A model generated the notes under the pieces. That model was given only the letters and a program-made list of their open reading frames with translations. It was not told the origin of the DNA and made no database searches. Source: Candidatus Woesearchaeota archaeon (GTDB lineage Archaea; Nanobdellota; Nanobdellia; SCGC-AAA011-G17; JACPIM01). Taken from it: a stretch of DNA of 64,000 nt. The position numbers were made by a program, and so were the translations under genes. Location of the stretch: contig JBDRGP010000013.1 of assembly GCA_043817645.1 (NCBI GenBank), positions 21,687-85,686 on the forward strand. The letters run 5' to 3'. This document shows, one piece after another, positions 40,856 to 49,037 of this stretch. The stretch's first letter is position 1; the number at the start of each line of letters is the position of its first letter.

Positions 40856-41663
40856 TTTCTTTAGGATTATTTAACTCTTCTAAATAATTAAGACCTCCTT
40901 GCATTATTTTGTATTTATAACCAATTTCGCTTTTTGTTCTATCAACCATTTTGGTTGCTTTTTTATTATTAAGGGCCATGCTAATTGATTCTTTTCTCGA
41001 AGGAACTCTAAATTTAGAAATCAATAAATTTGAAATCTGAGAAGCAGTTAGTCCATCTATATCTCCATCCTCTTTTGCTATTTTTAGCATTAGTAGTGCT
41101 CTATCCAAATCATTCTTTAGATCATGAAGAATACTATAAGAAGTCCTGTCTAACTTATTTTCTAGTTTTTCAAGTATAGGGTCTTTAGTTTTATCTATTT
41201 TGGATTTAGATTTCTTCTGTTTTACTTTTTTTGGCTTAATTTGTTTAATATTTCTGGTATCATAATCCTCTAAAATTGTATTGAGTATTTGTTCTATTTT
41301 ATATGGAATTATTTTATAACCTTCTTTAGTCTTCTCTATTAATCCTTCACTATTCAGCTCTGATAATTTACCCCAAATAGTACCCGCATTACCTTTTAAT
41401 TCTTGGATTATGCTTGATCCACTTAGGCTATCTGAATCTATAATTTTTATTTTTTCGTGTGCAGAGAAATATCTTCCCATTAACAATAAACAGATTTTCT
41501 CTTTTTCTATGAGCTTTTTTGGTTCTTTGAGTTCAACTCTAGCTGTTTTCTTATGTATGCTAAATAATTTTCCCGCTTTTGATATTAATTCATTCAGTTT
41601 TTCCAAAGTATCTTCTTCATCAACAAAAAGTTTGTTTAAGATCTTAGTTTCTTCATCACTCAT
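40842..41663 (-). CDS. tandem winged-HTH protein
   Basis: Two wHTH-like units (GTI.GKLSEL...GLI; GLTASQIS..L...F.....SIS.AL...Y.IM..G). Confidence 0.6.
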   Translation of the reverse strand: MSDEETKILNKLFVDEEDTLEKLNELISKAGKLFSIHKKTARVELKEPKKLIEKEKICLLLMGRYFSAHEKIKIIDSDSLSGSSIIQELKGNAGTIWGKLSELNSEGLIEKTKEGYKIIPYKIEQILNTILEDYDTRNIKQIKPKKVKQKKSKSKIDKTKDPILEKLENKLDRTSYSILHDLKNDLDRALLMLKIAKEDGDIDGLTASQISNLLISKFRVPSRKESISMALNNKKATKMVDRTKSEIGYKYKIMQGGLNYLEELNNPKENEQE

Positions 41664-42039
41664 CTTTGAACAACTCCTTGATTTTGTTTAGATTATAATT
41701 TGGGATAACATAACCACTATCATCTTTCTTGAGTAAGCTTTTGGCAATTCTTTTGATAACTGTTTTTGTTGAACCTACAGGGATATTAATGTCTCTGCTT
41801 ATTTGATGTTGACCAACGCCTTCAGTTTTAATAATATCTTTGATTTTCATAACCTTTCGAGACAATAAATAAACTATTACCTTTCTTTCATTATTCAATT
41901 TAAAAAAATCAGGTTCTAAACTTACATCTGCATCAGGAGTTATACGTATAAAATCTTTAAGTAGATTAGCAATTAATTCCTTATCAAATTCTTTCTTATT
42001 AGCTATTATTAATTTGTCTAGTACATCAGTCTTATCCAT
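41656..42039 (-). CDS. winged-HTH protein, paralog of the N-half of the neighbouring gene
   Basis: KL...KV.VYLL.R; IS....IP.GS.K..I; Y.IP.Y. Confidence 0.6.
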   Translation of the reverse strand: MDKTDVLDKLIIANKKEFDKELIANLLKDFIRITPDADVSLEPDFFKLNNERKVIVYLLSRKVMKIKDIIKTEGVGQHQISRDINIPVGSTKTVIKRIAKSLLKKDDSGYVIPNYNLNKIKELFKDE

Positions 42040-42373
42040 TTTTTAACCCCCCATTTAAAATTAAATGGTAAATATTAATGATATATTTTATTATGGATTT
42101 GGAGTCATTACTATTATTTAAGCTTTTCCATCATTGTATTTTAATATTTTAACATGTTGTGTATGTGAAAACCAAACTTATTTATAAAGATATCTATAAT
42201 TTATAATATAATAAAAAAATGGTTTTCTGAAATTACTGCTTATTGAGAAGGGAAATTACAATTTAAAGGGATATAATATCATCCTATTTAATATTATTAT
42301 ATTATTATCATAATAAAATTTTATATTGGTTTTTTAGAAATATTTATATAGAAAGGAAATATTCATAGAACCA

Positions 42374-42919
42374 ATGGCAAGGTGTATCAAATGTAATTAT
42401 CTTTTGGTGCTGTTGCCTAAACGAAACAAATACAAATGCAGTAAGTGTGGCAGTTTGTTTCCACAAAGTGATATAGACAACAAGGAATTCAGAAGTTGGA
42501 ACAAGAGACAGAGATTAGAAGACATTGAAAACATAAAACCAGCGAGAAAGCCAAGAGTAAAACTAAGTGATGACGAACGAAAAAGAAGAACTAAAGAATC
42601 TGCTAAAAAATGGAGAGAAAATAATAATAAAAGATGCAGAGAACTATCAGAAAAGAACTACTATAAAAACAGAGATAAAATCTTAGCCAGAAAGAAAGAA
42701 TACAGACAAGAGATAAAAGACAAGGACAGAATAAGAAGGAAAGAATACAGACATCAACAAATTAACAGAACAAGACAACTGGCAAGAATTCACTGGTGGA
42801 GACAAAAACAAAAGGCTTTAGCACTAAGAGAACTCAAAAACATGGAAGAGAAGGCTTGTAATGCCAATATATTCATTTCACCGCCCACTATTCTACATTA
42901 CCATCTACTTACAGAATAA
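42374..42919 (+). CDS. Zn-ribbon + basic coiled-coil protein whose 3' end overlaps the right TIR
   Basis: C..C...KYKC.KC; highly basic; last codons lie in the transposon end. Confidence 0.6.
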   Translation: MARCIKCNYLLVLLPKRNKYKCSKCGSLFPQSDIDNKEFRSWNKRQRLEDIENIKPARKPRVKLSDDERKRRTKESAKKWRENNNKRCRELSEKNYYKNRDKILARKKEYRQEIKDKDRIRRKEYRHQQINRTRQLARIHWWRQKQKALALRELKNMEEKACNANIFISPPTILHYHLLTE

Positions 42920-42924
42920 TAAGG

Positions 42925-42933
42925 CTTATAAAT
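42925..42933 (+). promoter_or_regulatory. archaeal TATA box for the 5S rRNA gene
   Basis: CTTATAAAT about 25-30 nt upstream of the 5S 5' end. Confidence 0.55.
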
Positions 42934-42955
42934 CCATATTATAGAGAAATTCTGT

Positions 42956-43126
42956 GGGCGACCATAGCTGCGGTGTAACACCTGTTCCCATTGGACCTGT
43001 TGGTTTTTAAGCCAATATCCGGGGAATTCGAACACAGAATTGGAAAATATCCGATGTGTAAAAGTTAAGACCGCATACGTTCCAGGCTGTACTGCACTTT
43101 GTTGTGGGAAACCTGGTTAGTTGCCC
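42956..43126 (+). rRNA. rrf: 5S rRNA gene with two internal insertions (putative BHB introns 42992-43026 and 43038-43061)
   Basis: Helix I GGGCGAC/GTTGCCC, CCATAG, helix II TGCGGT/ACCGCA, CACC.GTTCCCAT..CGAACAC.GAAGTTAAG after removing the inserts, loop E region GTACT...GGGAAA. Confidence 0.9.
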
Positions 43127-43127
43127 C
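43113..43127 (+). repeat. attL core (3' end of 5S rRNA)
   Basis: CTGGTTAGTTGCCCC. Confidence 0.85.
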
Positions 43128-43182
43128 TTTTATATTCTAGGTTCCCATTATTCTTATAAATTGACAAAATAACTGTTTCTGG

Positions 43183-44274
43183 ATGGGGGGAAGAACGCAT
43201 AAAGCTAAAGAGAGAAAGTATTACAACAAGTTAGAAGCCATCAAGACAGATAAAACTATCACTAAAGAGAATGTTAAATTAATCAATAAGTTCATGGAAG
43301 ATATTAGCTTGGGCATATCTTCTAAATGTGAAGTTGGGTTACCAACAAGATACAAATACCTCATAGATTTAGTTGTTGTTTCTAGGTGGTTCAATAAATC
43401 CTTTTCCAAAGTTAAATTTGAGGATATGAAAAGGATCATTGTTAAACTAAACAATGATGGATTCAAATCTGTAGCATTAAATAAACCATCTCAACCTTAC
43501 AGCGAGGAAACAAAAGCAAACATAAAGAGGTCAATTAAGAAGTTCTGGAAGTGGCTGTATATGAAGAAACCCGCAGAATATCAAAGAATAGCAGGGTGGA
43601 TTAAAACCAATGTAAAGGAAAAACTAGTAGACGCAGTTACAAGAGATGAAGCCAAGAAACTATTGAGCTTATGCGATAACGCTACTGAAAGATTTTTGAT
43701 TCAGGTTTTATGGGATGGTGGCTTTAGAATTTCAGAATTATTAAATGCACAGGTAAAAGACCTTATGGAGAAGAAGGAAGGCAACAAAAGGTATTATGTT
43801 CTTAATATTCACATTTCTAAAACTAGACCAAGACCTGTAGGCTTAAGATTATCAACTAAGGAGATAGAGGATTGGTTGCACGATGGACACCCAGATAGAT
43901 TAAAAGATAACTTTCAGGAGAGTTATTTATTTCCTCTTGAGTATGAGTATGTTAGAACCAAGGTAAAGGAGATTGGTAAGAAGGCAGGGATTCCATTAAA
44001 CCCTCATAAGCTTAGGCATAGCAGTTGTTCCTATTACTGCAACTTCTTAACAACTTCACAAATGTGTGTAAGATATGGGTGGAGTTTTAATTCTAAGAGT
44101 CCCGGAAGATACATCCATTCAAATGGGGTAGATGAAGGTAAAGCAACTGAGAGAGTCTATAATGATGAGTTTGCAGATTTTAGGACGCAATTAGAAGAGG
44201 AAAGAGAAAAAGTCAAGGAGCTAGAAAATAAGTTTGAGATACTGCATCAGGCAGTTATAATTAAATCAAAATGA
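43183..44274 (+). CDS. tyrosine recombinase/integrase
   Basis: G.RISELL (catalytic R), SKT (K), HKLRH, YGW, RY.H (catalytic Y). Confidence 0.93.
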   Translation: MGGRTHKAKERKYYNKLEAIKTDKTITKENVKLINKFMEDISLGISSKCEVGLPTRYKYLIDLVVVSRWFNKSFSKVKFEDMKRIIVKLNNDGFKSVALNKPSQPYSEETKANIKRSIKKFWKWLYMKKPAEYQRIAGWIKTNVKEKLVDAVTRDEAKKLLSLCDNATERFLIQVLWDGGFRISELLNAQVKDLMEKKEGNKRYYVLNIHISKTRPRPVGLRLSTKEIEDWLHDGHPDRLKDNFQESYLFPLEYEYVRTKVKEIGKKAGIPLNPHKLRHSSCSYYCNFLTTSQMCVRYGWSFNSKSPGRYIHSNGVDEGKATERVYNDEFADFRTQLEEEREKVKELENKFEILHQAVIIKSK

Positions 44275-44289
44275 ACAGGAGATGAAAAA

Positions 44290-44751
44290 ATGAAAAAAAT
44301 ATTAGCAATAGTTCTAGGTTTGTTCCTTGTTGGAGCGATATTTGTAATTGCAGAAGAAGAATCCACTAAAGCAGGAGGAATTCCTGCAAAATTAAATACA
44401 ATAATTGGACAGCTACAAGAAATATTAGACGATGGAGTAAATGCAAAGGTTGAGGGTGTTGATGATATGCCAAAAAGAGGCACTATTTTTGTACACAGAC
44501 TTAATCAGTATCATATATCTGGTGACCAGTATGTTACTCTACCCAATGGTCAATGTTCTATTTCAATATCTACAACAAGAGAACCTGAGGATGTTCGGGT
44601 GGAAGAAGCTAAATCTACTACTGAAATAAGAGATGGTTTTGATGGTAAAGATGGAATATTAAATATAGATGATGAATACTTTATGGCAAAATTATCAATA
44701 GAAGAACCAAGAACCCACCCATATTTGTATTTAGCTTACAATTGTGTTTAA
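44290..44751 (+). CDS. secreted hypothetical protein
   Basis: Signal peptide MKKILAIVLGLFLVGAIFVIA; GGAGA SD upstream. Confidence 0.7.
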   Translation: MKKILAIVLGLFLVGAIFVIAEEESTKAGGIPAKLNTIIGQLQEILDDGVNAKVEGVDDMPKRGTIFVHRLNQYHISGDQYVTLPNGQCSISISTTREPEDVRVEEAKSTTEIRDGFDGKDGILNIDDEYFMAKLSIEEPRTHPYLYLAYNCV

Positions 44752-44759
44752 AAATCAAA

Positions 44760-44855
44760 ATGAACCCACCTAAAGATTGGAGATTTTATGTGAAATGGGC
44801 TAGTCTGGGGATTATTGTGGCTAGCGCTATTCAATTGTTGAGGTTTTATGGGTAA
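44760..44855 (+). CDS. small membrane peptide copy 1 (31 aa)
   Basis: MNPPKDWRFYVKWASLGIIVASAIQLLRFYG; paralog at 46333. Confidence 0.5.
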   Translation: MNPPKDWRFYVKWASLGIIVASAIQLLRFYG

Positions 44856-44942
44856 ATGAAAGGTAATTCGGAGATAAAGGAGAAACCTATTTAAGTCCAA
44901 AAAACCCTCATTTCCTTCAAGAATCGCATAGGGGGGAGCTGA

Positions 44943-45731
44943 ATGAGAAGATTGCTTACAGGATTGCTTTTAATTAGTTTGTTAGTTCTGGCTGGTTGCG
45001 GGGCAGGAGGTATTGATGTTTCAAAATTATCTCCAGAAGATATTGACAAGGTAATAAAATGTGAACCACCTTACATTCGACATGCGTCAGGATGTTGCTT
45101 AGACCAAAATGAAAATAAGATTTGTGATGATGATGAAGGTGTAGACTCACCACCTACAGAACCTCAAGAACCAATAGAACCAGAAACTCCACCAGAGCCA
45201 GAAGAACCACAAGGAGAATTACCAGAACCAACTTCTAATTTAGATTTAGCTGATTATCCTCAACCCTTTCTAGATGAGAACAATATATTTAATCCCAAGA
45301 CTACGATTGTTGTGGGGGAATCTGCACCAGCCTCAGATACGATAGGTGCTGTGGATATCATGCAACAATTACAATTTGATGCTAAAAATTTAGATGGGAC
45401 ACCAATTGATATAGATATAGAAAGCAGAACGGACGCGGAATTATCGGGTTCTTATGAAAATTATGATTTGATTATAGTGAGCACTAAGTGTGTAAATGAA
45501 CTAATGGAAAAATTTGGATTCGATTGTAGTGAAGAGGGATGGGGGCTAGAAACGGGACAAGGATTGATACAACTAATGGAAAATGGAAATAATGTTGCCT
45601 TGATAGTAACAGGAACGAATGCGATGGATACAAGGGTTGCAACAAGAGTGTTAAAGAACTATAGGGATTATGATTTAAATGGAAACAGAGTAATAGTAAC
45701 AGGTAGCCTTAGTGACCCGGTAATAAGTTGA
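44943..45731 (+). CDS. lipoprotein with Cys-rich EF-hand-like motif, Pro/Glu linker and S-layer-like domain
   Basis: LAGC lipobox; CCLDQNENKICD; IVVG..APASD.IGA.DI; ALIVTG....DTR.A.RVL.NY. Confidence 0.75.
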   Translation: MRRLLTGLLLISLLVLAGCGAGGIDVSKLSPEDIDKVIKCEPPYIRHASGCCLDQNENKICDDDEGVDSPPTEPQEPIEPETPPEPEEPQGELPEPTSNLDLADYPQPFLDENNIFNPKTTIVVGESAPASDTIGAVDIMQQLQFDAKNLDGTPIDIDIESRTDAELSGSYENYDLIIVSTKCVNELMEKFGFDCSEEGWGLETGQGLIQLMENGNNVALIVTGTNAMDTRVATRVLKNYRDYDLNGNRVIVTGSLSDPVIS

Positions 45732-45771
45732 ATGTGGAGATGGTAGCATTCCAAGCTTAAGAGAGCACGAG

Positions 45772-46014
45772 TTGGAGAGTGTAAGTCGGACAGGTAAGAA
45801 ATATACCAAGCTTCATGAATGGATGGACTGTGCACAAGAGAGGCTAGGGGTTAGGCATAGGGAAGTTAATCACTCTAGCAATGACATTCCTAAAGTAAAG
45901 GAGTTCTGGAAGGATAATCCTAACGAGGCCGTGATAGAATTTCTATGCCACATAATAGCAGATTTTAGAGATACTTCAGATAAGCTTCTTAATAAAAGGA
46001 GAAGGAGAAAATGA
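45772..46014 (+). CDS. small His-rich hypothetical protein
   Basis: LHEWMD...RHR...H...HI.AD possible metal ligands; start uncertain. Confidence 0.55.
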   Translation: MESVSRTGKKYTKLHEWMDCAQERLGVRHREVNHSSNDIPKVKEFWKDNPNEAVIEFLCHIIADFRDTSDKLLNKRRRRK

Positions 46015-46331
46015 GGGAAGTTGATGAGAGATGGCATAAGGCCTTAGTTTTCTTTGCAGATAATAATCGTGCTAAAGCAATGGATATCAAAGAGAATGAT
46101 AATTCTTATTACAGAGGAATAGTTCCTCAAGAAGTAGAAAATACTTTGATTGAAATGGGACACATAGATTTTGAGTCAGATACAAGATATATTATAACTC
46201 AATCCGGTTTACAACAATTGAGGGGTCTAGATAAAATAAGCCATAGAGATTGGACTAGAATTATTGCTATAATTGCACTGATTGTATCCATCCTTTCCTT
46301 GGGAGTAACTCAAGGATGGTGGCTTAAATAA
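46011..46331 (+). CDS. hypothetical protein, wHTH-like + C-terminal TM
   Basis: L...G.I......Y.IT..G then a hydrophobic helix. Confidence 0.55.
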   Translation: MREVDERWHKALVFFADNNRAKAMDIKENDNSYYRGIVPQEVENTLIEMGHIDFESDTRYIITQSGLQQLRGLDKISHRDWTRIIAIIALIVSILSLGVTQGWWLK

Positions 46332-46332
46332 A

Positions 46333-46425
46333 ATGAGTCTCCCTCATAACTGGCAGTGGTGGGTGAAATGGTTTTCAATCGGGATTATCTTTGTTAGTTT
46401 GTTGAAGTTGTTGGGGGTTTATTGA
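46333..46425 (+). CDS. small membrane peptide copy 2 (30 aa)
   Basis: MSLPHNWQWWVKWFSIGIIFVSLLKLLGVY. Confidence 0.5.
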   Translation: MSLPHNWQWWVKWFSIGIIFVSLLKLLGVY

Positions 46426-46426
46426 T

Positions 46427-46807
46427 ATGAGAGATACAATATTGTTAATCATTGTAATAATTTTGTTGGCTGGCTTGACTCTTTTTACTTTTTCTCCAGC
46501 TAATGGCGGTATTATTGGTAGGAGTGTTAGAACGGCGGAATTACCATCTTTTGATTCGCCCACACAACCCTATGATAGTTTTTATGCAAGAGCGAAAACT
46601 AGAGAATTTTTAGAAAATAAAGGGTATGTGGATATACACATAACAGATATGAAGCAAATCCCGACTGATTGGTTTCTAAAGTCAGAAGCAACAAAAGATG
46701 GTTCTAGCTTTATATTAGTCACTCAAGTAAATAAACTAACAGGAGATGTTGATTGGCTTAGTAGTGGAAATGAGGAGGGAAGCAGGATGTTGGTTGGCCA
46801 AAAATGA
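46427..46807 (+). CDS. secreted/membrane-anchored hypothetical protein
   Basis: N-terminal TM then I.GR (ITG-like) motif common in DPANN surface proteins. Confidence 0.6.
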   Translation: MRDTILLIIVIILLAGLTLFTFSPANGGIIGRSVRTAELPSFDSPTQPYDSFYARAKTREFLENKGYVDIHITDMKQIPTDWFLKSEATKDGSSFILVTQVNKLTGDVDWLSSGNEEGSRMLVGQK

Positions 46808-47214
46808 CTAAGAGGAAAATATGGTTTTATTTGTTTTGGATATTACTTATTTTAAATGTAGGGGTAGGATTTTTTGTAGCAATTACATCCGGAGCGGAAA
46901 GCATCAGCAATATTCTAACCGGACGAACAGCGCAAGATATTGCCTTTGAAAAAGATCAAAGAGACGATGACAGATTTAATAATGAGATTATATTAGGTGA
47001 TTTAAATAAATTTGATAGATTGTGGACACACAAGTGTTTCAGAGTTAACAATACTATAAGAGATTTTTTAGGTATGGCTGAGAAAGCAAGAAGAGATAAA
47101 GATTATACTTTGGCGTATGATTATTTAGACAAAGTAGGAAGCCACCATTTCTATTGGAATATGTCCTGTATGGAAGATACAAAAGATAATATTTTTCCTC
47201 CCACATTTGATTAA
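46804..47214 (+). CDS. membrane-anchored hypothetical protein
   Basis: N-terminal TM, LTGR motif; ATGA overlap with the previous gene. Confidence 0.6.
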   Translation: MTKRKIWFYLFWILLILNVGVGFFVAITSGAESISNILTGRTAQDIAFEKDQRDDDRFNNEIILGDLNKFDRLWTHKCFRVNNTIRDFLGMAEKARRDKDYTLAYDYLDKVGSHHFYWNMSCMEDTKDNIFPPTFD

Positions 47215-47256
47215 TATTGTTTTTTATAGAAAAAGAAAATAAACAGACGGGGTTTA

Positions 47257-47508
47257 CTATATCTTTAAAAAAGAATACAAAACCTTCTTCCCCTTCTCAG
47301 AAATCTGGTAAAATCTAGCCATCCTGTCTTTAGGATTCAAGACTTTGACAAATCCTTTATTGACCAATTCCAAAAGGATCCTGCTGACAGAGGCACGATG
47401 GATCTTGAGCTCCTTGCTTATTCTTGTTGGTGTAGATGGCTTCTCTAATAGCTTCAATATTTTCACCTTTATCGGAGCCCTTTCAAGATAAGCTATGTCC
47501 TCTAACAT
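47257..47508 (-). CDS. ArsR/MarR-like winged-HTH regulator
   Basis: KILKLL..P.TP..IS..L.I....VSR.L.EL...G.V.......R.Y.I..KG; start reassigned to MLEDIAY. Confidence 0.8.
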   Translation of the reverse strand: MLEDIAYLERAPIKVKILKLLEKPSTPTRISKELKIHRASVSRILLELVNKGFVKVLNPKDRMARFYQISEKGKKVLYSFLKI

Positions 47509-47587
47509 ATATAACGAAGCGGTAACTTTAAATATATACTTAGGTAACATATGCGTAACATAGGAATAGAGATAAAAGAAAAATAAA

Positions 47588-48958
47588 ATGACCCAAGAAG
47601 AACATAAATATGTAGGTTTTTTTAAAGAATTAAAAACCACAGGAGTTATCTTAATTCTTTTGGGTATAGCTCATTTATTTCTCGGTGCGCTTTTGACTGA
47701 AATGGGGATAATATTAATTGTACTGGGTATTATCTCTTTCATTAATAAGAAACCACAAATGTTCATTATTTATGGTATTCTTTTAATTTTAATAGGCGTT
47801 ATGAATATATATTCCGTATTTTTAGGTAGTTCTATTGGTTGGTTTATATTAGCACTCTTCCAAGTATTTTGGGGTATAAAAGAAATAGGCTATTACAGTA
47901 AAGTGAAGGATTTAGTCCCTAAAACAAAAGAAAGTAGAAAAAAAGGTTTTGTATGGTATGGCACAAGAATTGGTTTTTGGGTAGTAATTTTTGGTTGGTT
48001 TGTTGATAAAATTATAACTTATACTTTATATGAGTATATCTTTTCCATTTTTTCCACTATAATTGGAATAATAATTTTGGTAGCCATATTATTCACCATA
48101 ATTGTTTCTATTATTCACTTAACAATATATAAAGATAAGGGTTTAGCAATTTCTTCACTACTTATCTGTTCAGTTATCTTAATTCTAACAATTCTGGCTT
48201 CTGTTTTTTTGGTTTCTTTAATGCAATATGCACCAATAGAAGAAAATCTTGAAATCGAAGTAGGAACTTTTTTACCATATTCTATGAAATTAAATGAAGG
48301 AGAAATAGTACACATAAACATAGAATCTGATAAGAATATGAACTTCTACTTTATGGATCTAGAAAATTATAATCTTTTAAAAGGAGATGATAAAAATTAT
48401 GAAATTTTTGTTGGGGCAGGGTGTTCTCAATTCGAAACAAAAAAATTAGATTGTAATTGGAAAGCATATAAAAGCGGAAAGTTTTATGTTGTTTTAATTA
48501 ACCTTGAAGACACTGTAGTTAATGCAAATATAAAATTAGAAAAAATAGATGAAGAAAACGCGATTATAAAACCAATAAAGACACAAGAAATACAGGGATC
48601 AACACAATTTCTAATCGACAAAGAATCATTAAAAGAAGAGAGGAATCACATAGACCTTATAAAAAATGATATAGATAAATTATTAGAAATATCTAGTAAA
48701 TACCAAGATTTAACAAGTGTTGATGACTCTGCTAATTTTATTTCTGAAATGACTCCAAGATTAAATATGCATAAAACTCATTTAATAGAATATAGAAATT
48801 TTCTTAATACTAAAAACTCTGTCATTCAAGATAAAACAGAATACATACAAAAACTTGATGATAGAATTGTTGAAGTGGATACGTATATTAATCAACTAAA
48901 CTTTGCAATGGCAGGGCAACTAAGGGGAGAATTGATTACGTGGCAAAGAAATTACTAA
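47588..48958 (+). CDS. multi-pass membrane protein with extracellular beta-domain and coiled coil
   Basis: About 7 hydrophobic helices then a soluble domain. Confidence 0.7.
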   Translation: MTQEEHKYVGFFKELKTTGVILILLGIAHLFLGALLTEMGIILIVLGIISFINKKPQMFIIYGILLILIGVMNIYSVFLGSSIGWFILALFQVFWGIKEIGYYSKVKDLVPKTKESRKKGFVWYGTRIGFWVVIFGWFVDKIITYTLYEYIFSIFSTIIGIIILVAILFTIIVSIIHLTIYKDKGLAISSLLICSVILILTILASVFLVSLMQYAPIEENLEIEVGTFLPYSMKLNEGEIVHINIESDKNMNFYFMDLENYNLLKGDDKNYEIFVGAGCSQFETKKLDCNWKAYKSGKFYVVLINLEDTVVNANIKLEKIDEENAIIKPIKTQEIQGSTQFLIDKESLKEERNHIDLIKNDIDKLLEISSKYQDLTSVDDSANFISEMTPRLNMHKTHLIEYRNFLNTKNSVIQDKTEYIQKLDDRIVEVDTYINQLNFAMAGQLRGELITWQRNY

Positions 48959-48997
48959 TCGTATTGTTAATTTTTATGTTATCTCTTTTGTAGTATC

Positions 48998-49037
48998 CAG
49001 AGATGATGATGGAATAGCTTGTGAGACTCTGCCGTGA
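48998..49037 (+). pseudogene. remnant of an Excalibur Ca-binding domain C-terminus
   Basis: Reads RDDDGIACETLP-stop with no intact upstream ORF. Confidence 0.4.

Larger units (their letters stand above)
26213..42910. mobile_element. ISH3-family cargo-carrying transposon (~16.7 kb)
   Basis: Left end CAGTAGATGGTAAGGTA (26213); right end reverse-complements to AAGTAGATGGTAATGTA (ends 42910); ACAGA duplicated at 26208-26212 and 42911-42915; ISH3-type transposase inside. Confidence 0.8.
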
